DNA of 32,000 nucleotides from Candidatus Saccharimonadota bacterium (GCF_003351905.1 NZ_CP022339.1:510001-542000); one strand, 5' to 3'; shown: positions 1 through 9,941, counted from the first letter of the stretch. Program-made: numbers and translations. Notes: generated by a model from the letters alone, not told the origin.

Positions 1-913
1 CTACTGGATAGATTCCGGCAAAAACCATAGGCTTTACCTCTTCAAATCCCTTAATCATTGTGCCTACCGAACGGCCTGCTTTATCTACATGGGTAACTGT
101 ATCGCCTACCTTTACCTCGCTTGCATTTTTAATGCCAGCAATCATATAGCCCACATGGCCTGCTGTTAAAAATGGCTTAGGTATTTGTTGCAATTTTAAT
201 ATCCCCACCTCTTCCACTTTATAATCTGCATCTGTACTGATGCATTTAATTTGATCCCCTGTTTTAATGGTTCCATTAAAAAGGCGAAAATAGACCTCTA
301 CCCCACGAAAAGTATTGTATAGCGAATCAAAAATCATCGCTTGCAGTGGCGCTTGTTGATCCCCTTTAGGAGCAGGTATACGGTGCACTACAGCTTCGAG
401 TATCGCATCAATACCTATACCCTGTTTAGCGCTTGCAGCAATAATATCGGCTCGATCGCACCCTATGAGTTCTACGATTTGGTCTTTTACCTCCTCTGGC
501 ATGGCCCCTGGCAAATCAATCTTATTTAATACAGGGATAATGGTTAGATTTTGCTCTAAGGCCAGATATAGATTAGAAATGGTTTGTGCTTCCACCCCCT
601 GTGCCGCATCAACTACCAAGAGTGCCCCCTCGCACGCAGCAATAGAGCGGGATACTTCATAGGTAAAGTCTACATGCCCAGGTGTATCAATTAAGTTTAG
701 TAAGTAGGGTTGACCATCGTATATATATTCCATTTGGATCGCATGACTTTTAATTGTGATGCCACGTTCACGCTCTAAGTCCATATTATCCAGTACTTGA
801 TTTTTTTGCTCCCGTATCCCCACTGTTTTGGTTGCTTCTAGTAAACGATCTGCCAAGGTGCTTTTGCCATGGTCAATGTGTGCAATGATGCAAAAATTTC
901 GAATATTTTTCAT
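1..913 (-). CDS. lepA: Elongation factor 4 (LepA), N-terminal part. The gene runs off the left edge of the window.
   Basis: The reverse complement from the ATG at 911-913 reads [31 protein letters not shown]...[11 protein letters not shown]...[18 protein letters not shown]...LLVVDAAQG. This is the canonical LepA GTPase with G1, G2 and G3 motifs. It is missing from the ORF track only because its stop codon lies outside the window. Confidence 0.92.
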   Translation of the reverse strand, partial: MKNIRNFCIIAHIDHGKSTLADRLLEATKTVGIREQKNQVLDNMDLERERGITIKSHAIQMEYIYDGQPYLLNLIDTPGHVDFTYEVSRSIAACEGALLVVDAAQGVEAQTISNLYLALEQNLTIIPVLNKIDLPGAMPEEVKDQIVELIGCDRADIIAASAKQGIGIDAILEAVVHRIPAPKGDQQAPLQAMIFDSLYNTFRGVEVYFRLFNGTIKTGDQIKCISTDADYKVEEVGILKLQQIPKPFLTAGHVGYMIAGIKNASEVKVGDTVTHVDKAGRSVGTMIKGFEEVKPMVFAGIYPV

Positions 914-997
914 TAAACTTAATTAAGTCACGGAACAAAGTTTTGATCTGTTTTACCATTTATGGTACTGCAAGGTACGGAATTTAAAAAATAGTAT

Positions 998-1005
998 TAT
1001 CTTTG
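998..1005 (+). promoter_or_regulatory. Bacteroidota-type -7 promoter element (TAnnTTTG) upstream of rplS
   Basis: TATCTTTG lies 32 nt upstream of the rplS ATG and matches the sigma-A -7 consensus TAnnTTTG of Bacteroidetes. Confidence 0.3.
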
Positions 1006-1036
1006 CATTAACTTTTATGCAATTTTCTAACCGGTC

Positions 1037-1393
1037 ATGAATAACTTAATAAAATATGTTGAGGCGATGTGTAATCCTCAACCTGCCCGTATATTCCCCT
1101 CTTTTAAGGCTGGAGATACCATAAACGTACATGTAAAAATACAAGAAGGGAACAAGGTGCGTATTCAACAATTTCAAGGAGCAGTTATCCAACGGAAAAA
1201 TCCTAATACCAATGGAGAAACCTTTACCGTACGTAAAGTATCTAAGGAGGTTGGTGTGGAGCGTATTTTCCCCTTGCTTTGTCCCAACATTGATAAAATA
1301 GAAGTAAAAAGAAAAGGCCGTGTGCGTAGAGCCAGAATTTATTACCTACGTGGCAAACAAGGTAAAGCAGCACGTATTAAGGAGTTGAGATAA
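1037..1393 (+). CDS. rplS: 50S ribosomal protein L19
   Basis: The 118-aa product contains [29 protein letters not shown]...FTVRK...[24 protein letters not shown], which is diagnostic of L19. Confidence 0.95.
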   Translation: MNNLIKYVEAMCNPQPARIFPSFKAGDTINVHVKIQEGNKVRIQQFQGAVIQRKNPNTNGETFTVRKVSKEVGVERIFPLLCPNIDKIEVKRKGRVRRARIYYLRGKQGKAARIKELR

Positions 1394-1501
1394 AGCATTT
1401 TATTGTATATACCCCTAGTGGTTGTTGTTGCCTTTTTCCCCATTCAGGAATCGGCTTTTTGCTTTACTTTTTTAGATAAGTGTTACAATGCCTTTTTGGT
1501 A

Positions 1502-1509
1502 TATATTTG
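1502..1509 (+). promoter_or_regulatory. TAnnTTTG -7-like element upstream of tRNA-Thr
   Basis: TATATTTG lies 40 nt upstream of the tRNA 5' end. Confidence 0.25.
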
Positions 1510-1548
1510 TATATTCATTTGCGGTTTGTAGCAGTGCATTTTTTAGTA

Positions 1549-1621
1549 GCCTCCTTAGCTCAACTGGTAGAGCAACTGATTTGTAATCAGTAGGTTGCTG
1601 GTTCGATTCCGGCAGGGGGCA
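1549..1621 (+). tRNA. tRNA-Thr (anticodon UGU)
   Basis: A hand-folded cloverleaf fits. The acceptor is GCCTCCT/AGGGGGC, the anticodon stem is ACTGA/TCAGT with loop TTTGTAA, and the T arm is GCTGG-TTCGATT-CCGGC. It is 73 nt long and no CCA is encoded. Confidence 0.9.
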
Positions 1622-1700
1622 CGCAATGGCGGGGGCTTAAGCGCAATCTATTCTGGCACAGAGGTGCAATAGGTCAAGTCACTCCCCTCCCTAAATCACA

Positions 1701-2492
1701 TCACACCCGCTTCATCCTATTCAGATCTACTGGACCCGTAATACCTTGGACAGGTCCTCTACTATCGTATTGCCAAATGCTCCAATCACGCCAACCCCTT
1801 GGTAACTCATCTGGTAAGGGTGGCTGTTCACGCCATCTAGCAATCCATAGTGGACATTTCTGAACTATATCAGGGGTTACTGCTACATACTTGTTCCAAA
1901 AAGATGTGCTTGTATAGATGTAAGGCATAACCTTGGCATAATCGTTGAGATACCGAACACTTTGTTCTGTAACACGCTGCACTAAAGTGTAATCAGCACC
2001 GTCATGTTCCTCTACATCTAGTGCGATAATAGAGGCCTTGTCAGCCAACAGCCCTGCATTGCTTAGCTGAGATACAAAATTTTTCATTTGTGCTTCAGGA
2101 GAACTCGAGCCAAACCTTAAAAAATGATAGGCACCAGGCTGGAAACCTGCCGCACGCATCTGCGCCACATTTTGTAAGAAATTAGGATCTTGATAGGTGG
2201 CACCCTCTGTTGCCTTAGCAATAACAAACGTTTTACCACTGCGGCCAGGGGTGCATTGCTGCCAATCTATTGCGCCTTGATGATGGGAAATATCTATGCC
2301 TTCTGCATAATTAGATTGCGCTACGTTCCCTGTGGAATGCTTATACATATTCCATTCGTTAGAGGATACACATGATAGAGACAGGGCAACAATTGCCAGC
2401 TTATCTATTGTATTGATCCATAGCCTACCACTCAGGTAGCTTAAACAGGCTGCTTGCCTTTGTATTTGCATATAGTCTAAAATAATGCACAA
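1701..2492 (-). CDS. Glycoside hydrolase family 25 lysozyme (muramidase), probably secreted or a lipoprotein. The true start may be the Met at 2471.
   Basis: GIDISHHQGAIDWQQ...FVIAKATEGATYQDPNF...GAYHF...IALDVEE is GH25 (Chalaropsis-type) muramidase signature sequence. The N terminus is hydrophobic and has a lipobox-like LSLSC. Confidence 0.8.
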   Translation of the reverse strand: MCIILDYMQIQRQAACLSYLSGRLWINTIDKLAIVALSLSCVSSNEWNMYKHSTGNVAQSNYAEGIDISHHQGAIDWQQCTPGRSGKTFVIAKATEGATYQDPNFLQNVAQMRAAGFQPGAYHFLRFGSSSPEAQMKNFVSQLSNAGLLADKASIIALDVEEHDGADYTLVQRVTEQSVRYLNDYAKVMPYIYTSTSFWNKYVAVTPDIVQKCPLWIARWREQPPLPDELPRGWRDWSIWQYDSRGPVQGITGPVDLNRMKRV

Positions 2493-2779
2493 CTTGCATT
2501 TTTGCTGCTTATTTTATACGATGTTTACTATATGTATATAATTTATAATAACTAACGGTAAAAAACAAAACAATATCCAATCTTTTGAGGATATTATATG
2601 ATTCTTCTTGTTTCAATTCGCTTTACTTTCATGTCATACGTATGATTTTATAGGGCAGGTGCATATGGCACCAATTAAGGTACGATAGAAAAGAGCACTA
2701 CTGCAACTAGCCAAAGTAATGCTTTGTCCATGAAGTTGGTTATAAGTAAGGGTGCATTTAAAATAAACACTAACTTTGG

Positions 2780-3034
2780 GTATATGTTCAGCGCGATGGT
2801 TTTTTGCGTCAAAAAAACCGCCCCTGTAAAAAGCCGTGGTGTAGAAAGTGGCATCTGAGAGATGATTAGGAAAAACAGTTCATTAAAAGCCCACGCAGTG
2901 GGCGCTTTCTGTTTTTCCATCTGTAAGCTGACACTTTCAGCGACATTTTACCGAGGGCTTGATTTTTTGTCCACTTTTTTATCAAGAAAAAAGTGGAATA
3001 AAATTCATTATGAGCCAGTAACATAAACAGATAC
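2780..3034 (+). repeat. Palindromic MITE-like element, copy A (255 bp)
   Basis: It aligns over its full length with 13090-13341 and, in reverse complement, with 28505-28761. The head is GTATATGTTCA and the tail is ...AAACAGATAC. It contains nested hairpins at 2889-2903 and the TCCACTTTTTT/AAAAAAGTGGA stem. Confidence 0.85.
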
Positions 3035-3086
3035 AGATGAATCATGGATAATGATACGCATTGGGTTAATGACTAAAAATTTGCAT

Positions 3087-3689
3087 ATGAAAATCCATTC
3101 TATTGCTCTGGCATCTAGTAAGGCGAGCTATACAATGTGCCCCCAAGATACTAAACCAGAAGTTGCTTTTATAGGCCGTTCTAATGTAGGTAAATCCTCG
3201 TTAATCAATGCGCTTTTACAGCGGAAGCAATTGGCTAGGGTATCTAAAGTGCCCGGGAAAACAGCACTGATCCATCACTTCTTAGTGAACAACCAACTCT
3301 ATTTTGTAGATCTGCCAGGATATGGATGGGCACAGGTAGGGCATGCTACAAAAGTAAGGTGGGGGAAAATGTTGCGGGACTACCTCTTGCATAGGCCCAA
3401 TATGTCTACCGCCTTTTTATTAATGGATGCAAAAATTGCACCGCAAGCCATTGACCTTGCATGCATCAGCTGGCTGGGTCAGCATCATATCCCTTTTGCC
3501 ATTATACTTACAAAAGCGGATAAAAAACATAAAATAGTCGCCCATAAACACTACATGACCTTAACGCATACCTTGCAACAAGAATGGGCTACCATACCAC
3601 CTGTCTTTATGGTCTCTGCACACAATAAACTAGGCATGGAAAACGTCCTCGGATATATCCAAGCGGTTACGCAACCTAAAGATGAATGA
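3087..3689 (+). CDS. engB: Ribosome-biogenesis GTPase EngB (YihA/YsxC)
   Basis: PEVAFIGRSNVGKSSLINALL is the G1 motif, DLPGYG is G3 and TKADK is G4. I chose the start at MKIHS (3087) to match the usual family N terminus. The ORF is open from 3051. Confidence 0.85.
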   Translation: MKIHSIALASSKASYTMCPQDTKPEVAFIGRSNVGKSSLINALLQRKQLARVSKVPGKTALIHHFLVNNQLYFVDLPGYGWAQVGHATKVRWGKMLRDYLLHRPNMSTAFLLMDAKIAPQAIDLACISWLGQHHIPFAIILTKADKKHKIVAHKHYMTLTHTLQQEWATIPPVFMVSAHNKLGMENVLGYIQAVTQPKDE

Positions 3690-3704
3690 ATCTATCTAAT
3701 CTTT

Positions 3705-6700
3705 TTACCAAAGCTGCTTCGTATAAGCAAAGCTAATACCAAAAAGCGCCAGATCAGCCCGCGCACTACTTAAGGGTTGTTGATACAGTTTAACATGCAT
3801 ACGGTGGGCTGTTGAAATGCGATAGGAAATTTCCCAATCATTAATGAAACGAGAATTCCTCCCAACTGTACTTGAAAGCTTAAGGTGCTCTGATAACAAC
3901 AGATAACTTACTTTAATACTGGTTTTTTTCCATATACTTTGATGATCCGATTGATTCATGCCTAAATCAGTTTCTATTTCTAGATTATCGTCAATCTTAG
4001 ATACTAAATTTTGTATTCTTTGAGAAAGGAAATCATTGATACTATTGCTTAATGCATCCCAGCCATCTATTTTTTTCTCATTATAGACCCTTTTGGCTAT
4101 TAACAGACTTAAAATCTGCTTATTGAGATAGGTTTTATCTAATAAAGCCTTTGCGGCACACTCCTCTAACGCAGTATTGAGTTCAAAATCCATACTTTTT
4201 ACTGGGAAGAAAAGCTGATAAGCAATATGTGGATGGGCTAGTGTGCCATATGCAGAAAGCAGAATCTCTACTGGAAGGGGTCGCTTATCATTACTTTGGG
4301 GATAAAGCTCTGCTACAGCGGCAACCTGTTTGTAAGATGCGCCAATATGAGCGATCCCTTCTTGGGGATAGCCGTTAAAGTTAACTTGACTATTAGGTGT
4401 AATCGTAAATGTTTTTTGAATGAGATTATAAACAGAAACCGTATACGTGCCACTTTGAAAGAGGTAATTGCCCATCATATAAGGCTTGCGATTGGTACCT
4501 ACTTCTAGTTGAATGGCTCCGGAACCTTGGCCTTGTAAACTATCGCTCATATGGTTATACCCGCCAAATAATATCTGGGTCTTTATAGTAGGCAGTATGG
4601 TTAGGTCAAGGATGAGTTTAATGGCTGACCTATCTTCGTTTGTAGCCAATTGATCTGACTGATCTTTAGGCTTATTATAGATAATCTCTACCAACTTTGT
4701 GGTATTCTCCATGTCTTCTTTATCGTGTGCAACAATGGTAAAGGTCCCTTGATCGGCTGTGACTTTCATTTTAAGGAGTAAATCATAGATAGAACCTTCC
4801 ATTTGTATCGTTCCAGTGGCATATAGGTCTCCATAGAAGTCAGGATTATGTATGCGCGTGGTATGTAACAGATGAAAAGTTTGCATATGACCTGAAAGGG
4901 TCAATGGAAATCCATTTTTTATTACTATATGGCCAGATAGGGTAGCATGACCTGATGCGCCATCATGCAGCGTAAGTTGGTTAACCTGTAAGGCATTCTC
5001 CTGGACTGTAATGGCTCCAGACACTTGATAACAGGTGTTCAAATAGTTAATTTTAAATCTACCTTGATCTATGACGCCCTTACCATTTATCTTAGGTGCC
5101 GTGAGGCTACCTGTTATTTGAAACTGTCCGCTTAATTTTCCATTTATATCTGAACAGACAGATGCAAACAAAGGATTCAATAGGTCGAGATCCATTTGGT
5201 TGAATGTAGTAGTGATGGCTAGCTGATCAGTGGGTTGGAAGAGATGATACCAACCATCTATCTGTAGCAATTGCTTACCCTCTTTTTGAAGTATACCTGC
5301 TAGGGATAATTTATGCTCGAATAAGTGCCAATCTACTTTTGTGCATAAAGTGCCCATCACATAATCTTGAATCGTGGCATCTTGTAGCCGTAGTCTACCC
5401 GTGGCTATGAGCTGATCTTTGCTACGATGGACTACGAGCTTGCTGTCTACTATAGCTTTCAGCGGCCCTACGGATGAAAAATAGTTAAATGGAAAGTGGC
5501 GTATGGTGCAGTGTAAGGGATCTGTTGTGGCCGATTGGGTAAGTTGTCCCCCTAGACAAATGGATGCTTGGCCACTCGTTATAGATATATTTCCAATGGC
5601 TATGGCGGATTTAGTAATCAAACTGCTGCTTTCTGCTTGTATAGCCCATACTTGCTCCTTAGTCGTTAACCTAGAAGGGAGTAGGTTAACTTGTATGCCA
5701 TCATCTCTGAGGGTTCCGGAGCAGGCAATAGATAGGTGGTTGTGGCCATTGGATAACTGATTGGATAGGGTAAATGCATTTTTGCCCATAAGCAAACGAA
5801 GGGAGAGATGATTTGTTTGTACGATTTGTCGCCAATTTTGCTGGTTTGAAGCAATATATAACCGGATCAACCGCTTTTTAGCATCCATCAGATGACCTAC
5901 ATTCAATTTTATTTTTACATTTTCCAATCTACACTGTTTAAAACAGATGGTGGATGCGGAAGGTAAATGGAAAGAGAAATGATAGTCTCTATCATAGGCA
6001 AAATGACCCCAACAGTTTGTCGCATCGGATATGTATAAATCATCCGAAAACCATTTTAGTATTGGCAATATCTTTTTGCAGTTGATGGCGTAGTCTAGAT
6101 GCAACCTAGCAGGTATCGTCAGGCGATGCGTTGGATCTTTAAGTCGTGTGACGAGATACCTGATATGATGGGCTAAGTCACGCAGTGTAAAGGTCCCTTG
6201 TAGGCTACAGTCTATCAATGGAGCGGTGAGGAGCAATAGATCTTTGTGTCCATTTTCTATAGCCTGTATGGCCACTTGTTTACAGATCACTTTCTGGTCC
6301 ATTCCCTGAACGACACATTGGTGCAACCTAACTGAGCCTCGTGGACGACTACTTACTATATTTCTGATTTCGAGTGAAAATTTCGTACTAAGTGATAAGG
6401 GAGTTCGGGTAAAACCAAGTTTTTCTAGCTGGAGTTGTTCTATGATGCCATCTGCTTGTAAACTTTGAGTCATATGGTAACTACCTGCTACGGTTAGTTG
6501 GGCACTAGGATCTTTGCTATGTAGCTTAAAGGTTACCATCGCATCGGCAAGCCTACAGGAGGCCTCTATCTGCTTATAACTATAATGGTTGGTTGTGAGC
6601 TCTGCTAGATGGGCTACTGCATCTAGGGTATGCAGTTGGCTACCTTGTGCTTTGATCGCCACTTTTCCCGACAGGGATTGAATCGGCAGCGAGGGCAGCA

Positions 6701-7940
6701 CAGCTGCTATCGTTACCTTATGTAGGGTTACGTTACCCGTTACACTTTGTCTAGGTGTACCTAAATGGTCTACGATTAGATCGGTTTGTACCGCACCTAT
6801 ATTCGTAGCAAACGAACCAGCTAGTGTGGCCTTTTTGGTATTACCTACCACTCTGGCATTGGTGATACCGACGTATTGCAACTGAGGCGGATAATGTGCT
6901 GGCTTTTTGGGGAGGTCATGTATATAGAGTCTACCTGCTTGTACCAAGAGATCTGCATCTATTCCATTATAGCAACCTGTACTTTCAATATAGCTATCGC
7001 CAAACACGAGTGTACAGTTTTTCCATGTCGTGGCATGAGGGGTCCAGGAGATTACACCATTCAGCTTATATAACGTATGGGGCCCCTTAAAAAAATCTGT
7101 AAACTTACTAAGCTCAAGCGATGATAAGGCTGTTTGATGCAATATGGTTTCCAAGGTAATATTTTTTTCAGTGCCAAATGGTTTGGCGTACTTCAGTGTA
7201 ACATCCCCTTGTAGGTCGCTATGGTTGGTAGTCAAATGACAATCTTTGAGCACTATATTATAAGGCGTAATGCTAAATTGGGTCGATAGATTTTGTAATA
7301 CCAACGGTATAGTACTGGTTGTTTCACAAGAAAGGGTAGTGAGGTTACCTGAATAATGATTCGTAGCGTATCGGAAATGGCTTATACCTAGCTTTATATT
7401 TTCTACTTTAACCGTTTGCTGCGCTATTTGATCATGGTAGGATAGGTTGATGTCCTGTAATTGAATCTTATGAATATATAGATCTCTATTTGTTTCTGGT
7501 ACAAACGGTAAAATAACATTGCTATAAAAGCTAACTAAATTCACATCTTGGTCAAGATTTTTTTCTACATACCATTGTCCCCCTACCATTGAAACGGAAT
7601 CAATTATATCGGGCTTTAGCAAACATACACTCAATAAATTAAGCCGAGCTTTACATGCATGCATGGTCAATAGGAGCTTATCTCGAGGATCGGTAATCGT
7701 TATGCCCTCTAACGCAATATTCCGCAACCAAGTGAACCGGAACGCATCACATGTGATGCGGTAATGGGTGGCTTGATGCAAATAGTTGACTACACTGCGC
7801 AACAGTTGTTGCTGTACCACAGGGAGATGCAATAAAGCCCATATCGCTACTGGTAGTATGGCGATCGAGAGCAATAGGTACCTGAGTGGCTTCAAACACC
7901 ACTTTTTAATTTTATTAAAATATTTTTCTTTCTTTTTCAA
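3705..7940 (-). CDS. TamB/AsmA-like translocation and assembly module protein (1411 aa)
   Basis: It has a single N-terminal TM anchor (LLLSIAILPVAIWALLHL), a very long region rich in predicted beta structure, and a C-terminal DUF490-like end. Its size and architecture are typical of Bacteroidota TamB. Confidence 0.7.
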   Translation of the reverse strand: MKKKEKYFNKIKKWCLKPLRYLLLSIAILPVAIWALLHLPVVQQQLLRSVVNYLHQATHYRITCDAFRFTWLRNIALEGITITDPRDKLLLTMHACKARLNLLSVCLLKPDIIDSVSMVGGQWYVEKNLDQDVNLVSFYSNVILPFVPETNRDLYIHKIQLQDINLSYHDQIAQQTVKVENIKLGISHFRYATNHYSGNLTTLSCETTSTIPLVLQNLSTQFSITPYNIVLKDCHLTTNHSDLQGDVTLKYAKPFGTEKNITLETILHQTALSSLELSKFTDFFKGPHTLYKLNGVISWTPHATTWKNCTLVFGDSYIESTGCYNGIDADLLVQAGRLYIHDLPKKPAHYPPQLQYVGITNARVVGNTKKATLAGSFATNIGAVQTDLIVDHLGTPRQSVTGNVTLHKVTIAAVLPSLPIQSLSGKVAIKAQGSQLHTLDAVAHLAELTTNHYSYKQIEASCRLADAMVTFKLHSKDPSAQLTVAGSYHMTQSLQADGIIEQLQLEKLGFTRTPLSLSTKFSLEIRNIVSSRPRGSVRLHQCVVQGMDQKVICKQVAIQAIENGHKDLLLLTAPLIDCSLQGTFTLRDLAHHIRYLVTRLKDPTHRLTIPARLHLDYAINCKKILPILKWFSDDLYISDATNCWGHFAYDRDYHFSFHLPSASTICFKQCRLENVKIKLNVGHLMDAKKRLIRLYIASNQQNWRQIVQTNHLSLRLLMGKNAFTLSNQLSNGHNHLSIACSGTLRDDGIQVNLLPSRLTTKEQVWAIQAESSSLITKSAIAIGNISITSGQASICLGGQLTQSATTDPLHCTIRHFPFNYFSSVGPLKAIVDSKLVVHRSKDQLIATGRLRLQDATIQDYVMGTLCTKVDWHLFEHKLSLAGILQKEGKQLLQIDGWYHLFQPTDQLAITTTFNQMDLDLLNPLFASVCSDINGKLSGQFQITGSLTAPKINGKGVIDQGRFKINYLNTCYQVSGAITVQENALQVNQLTLHDGASGHATLSGHIVIKNGFPLTLSGHMQTFHLLHTTRIHNPDFYGDLYATGTIQMEGSIYDLLLKMKVTADQGTFTIVAHDKEDMENTTKLVEIIYNKPKDQSDQLATNEDRSAIKLILDLTILPTIKTQILFGGYNHMSDSLQGQGSGAIQLEVGTNRKPYMMGNYLFQSGTYTVSVYNLIQKTFTITPNSQVNFNGYPQEGIAHIGASYKQVAAVAELYPQSNDKRPLPVEILLSAYGTLAHPHIAYQLFFPVKSMDFELNTALEECAAKALLDKTYLNKQILSLLIAKRVYNEKKIDGWDALSNSINDFLSQRIQNLVSKIDDNLEIETDLGMNQSDHQSIWKKTSIKVSYLLLSEHLKLSSTVGRNSRFINDWEISYRISTAHRMHVKLYQQPLSSARADLALFGISFAYTKQLW

Positions 7941-8092
7941 AGCAAATAAAGGAGGTGGTGGGTCTACTGGAACCCTGCTAGCACATCTTTGTGGGATGTA
8001 GTAGGCAGGCTACCTTACATGATGCTACAAATATCGGAAAATTGAATAGTAATTATAAGATTAATGAGGCCTAGATCCAACCTTTGACCTAC

Positions 8093-8662
8093 TTAAGGAT
8101 GGCAGCTGTCAGCCGATTCCATACCATTTTCAACCCGATATAGGCAGAGTAGTTTGAACGCTTCATATGGATCAGGTGGTGCATCTGGTGTAGCTATTTT
8201 CGTATCAGAGGTGGCCATGATCAGTTCAAATGGGTTATCGAATCGAAGGTTACCTATTGCTTGTAAAGCATCTAATGGCTTTTTAGGCCTGCTTCTATAT
8301 GTATCTGAATGCTGATTGGATATGGATGGCATACCTGACGCAAATAGGTCTGGTCGTAATGGCATAGGTGCCATATGAACGCCATCGGTTGTGTTATGTT
8401 CTAATGACCTCTCTTGATTATAAGGCACGATTGGGGGCCCAGCTAAGATAACTAAGATACCTAATATGGCCCTTAACGTTACGCCGACTGCACTCGAATT
8501 ATATAGCAAACCACGCTTAGACGCTTTGTGCGCATTGGCTCCATCGGAGGTTACTACTTGACCTTTTACTGCATCCAAGCCTAATGCTTGCCTTGTGTTG
8601 ACACAAGAAGAGAGGGTATGAAAACCCAATACCACAATCAATAGAACTGCCTTAGCAGGCAT
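8093..8662 (-). CDS. Hypothetical lipoprotein, no family recognised
   Basis: The ORF has a signal peptide and lipobox (MPAKAVLLIVVLGFHTLSSC) and one internal hydrophobic segment. It is open to 8710. I recognise no motif. Confidence 0.45.
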   Translation of the reverse strand: MPAKAVLLIVVLGFHTLSSCVNTRQALGLDAVKGQVVTSDGANAHKASKRGLLYNSSAVGVTLRAILGILVILAGPPIVPYNQERSLEHNTTDGVHMAPMPLRPDLFASGMPSISNQHSDTYRSRPKKPLDALQAIGNLRFDNPFELIMATSDTKIATPDAPPDPYEAFKLLCLYRVENGMESADSCHP

Positions 8663-8902
8663 ATATTTTTTTTCATAAAAAGTGATAAGCCATTGCTCCA
8701 TCTTTAACAATAGCCAATAACTAACATACTTGCAATAGATAACGAATCATCGATGCACATTCTGACCTGAAGCACCAAGTATCACGCCTTACACTATGAG
8801 CCAATGCATCCGACTATTATGTATTGTATTTATAAAGTATATTTAATAGTATTATTTTATTAATTACAATGCAACTATATATTTATTTTAAATCTATTTT
8901 TT

Positions 8903-9292
8903 ATGAAGCGATTATATAGCCTATTATTATTATCCACATTAACTGGCTGCAGTCAAGTGAAGACAATTGGCATGGATGCAGCAGCAGACTTATCTATGGG
9001 TAATCCAACTTTTTTAACTACATTAAACGGAGATTTGGTTTCTTTTGCGCAAAAAAACAATAACTGGACCGCTATGGTGAGTAGCAGCCTGCCCGAGGAT
9101 TGCGCAACATTTCCGGTCTATTTTGAACAAGGATGGTCTATAAAAAAACTATCCACTTATAGTCGTGATCAACAGAAAAAGTTGATCCATATTGAGCGTA
9201 TACCTAAAATAGGTGCTATTGTTTATGTGGGCAGGGTGGGATTGCCGGGAGGGGGGGGGCAGGAGCAAGTTGTAAAGGATACAAGCGAGTAG
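8903..9292 (+). CDS. Hypothetical lipoprotein, possibly the truncated 5' part of a longer gene (see the G9 tract)
   Basis: MKRLYSLLLLSTLTGCSQ is a lipoprotein signal. The ORF stops 33 nt after a G9 run, and a second frame stays open to 9510. Confidence 0.55.
   Translation: MKRLYSLLLLSTLTGCSQVKTIGMDAAADLSMGNPTFLTTLNGDLVSFAQKNNNWTAMVSSSLPEDCATFPVYFEQGWSIKKLSTYSRDQQKKLIHIERIPKIGAIVYVGRVGLPGGGGQEQVVKDTSE
9251..9259 (+). repeat. Homopolymeric G9 tract
   Basis: Nine consecutive G residues in an AT-rich context, located at the junction of two open frames. Confidence 0.95.
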
Positions 9293-9627
9293 GTGATAAT
9301 GAAGGAGGAGAGAAATATTTTAAGTGTTTAAAATGTGGGGATTATTACAAAAGTTCTAATGATGAGGTTAGCCAATACATCTTAAAGCATACTTGCGGCA
9401 GATGCAATACATGTTTAGTGTCTAGTAATACATGTGCATGTAAATTTAGGGATTCAATAAAAAGGCACTGTAACCAATGCTGTGATCGTAACGAGCCTAG
9501 TTCCTGTTAGCCCAAAATGGTCATATCTATTCCAGTCACTGGTTTTTATGTTAAAAGAACAACGCTCCTGTAAAAATATACTGGCCTGAATTTTTCGGAC
9601 ATTTTTTTTACTTTTCTTTCCCATTTT

Positions 9628-9831
9628 CTAGGCTGCCATTTTTAAATGGTTAAGATAAACGTTGATAGGTTTTTGATAATTAATACTAGAATGAAACCTT
9701 TGGTAATTATATTTAGTAATGGAACTTCTAATTCCCTCTTTTAATGCCTTAATATTTTTAAACTCATTGATAAAGAGGTAATTATATTTTAGGGTTCTAA
9801 AAAATCTTTCCAAGCTCTTTAACTTTCCCAC
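9628..9831 (-). pseudogene. IS3-family transposase OrfB, C-terminal fragment only (DDE core deleted)
   Basis: LERFFRTLKYNY...ITKYNYQRFHSSINYQKP matches the extreme C terminus of rve-type integrase-core transposases. Nothing upstream encodes the catalytic domain. Confidence 0.7.
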
Positions 9832-9941
9832 TGCCCAATCTTACTCAACGGTAGCCTTGCCTAAGGCCTTAGCAAGTTCATCATTTTGATGCTTAAGTGT
9901 GCTAATTTCCTCCTTATATGCCCCTAACAACCTTGGATGGA

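Noticed and set aside
341-662. Two plus-strand ORFs (341-529 and 465-662)
   Set aside because: They lie antisense inside the clearly recognisable lepA coding region, and their low-complexity translations match nothing.
2675-2920. An 81-aa minus-strand ORF
   Set aside because: Its first 45 or so codons are simply a translation of repeat copy A. The equivalent frame is closed in copies B, C and D, and the remainder is a short hydrophobic run-on. It is most likely spurious.
4296-7073. Several 60-85-aa ORFs nested in or antisense to the TamB-like gene (4296-4508, 5503-5760, 5666-5854, 6876-7073, 6896-7090), plus 7786-8001
   Set aside because: All are embedded in a 4.2-kb ORF with a coherent protein-like translation. 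None has a recognisable motif or an independent start context.
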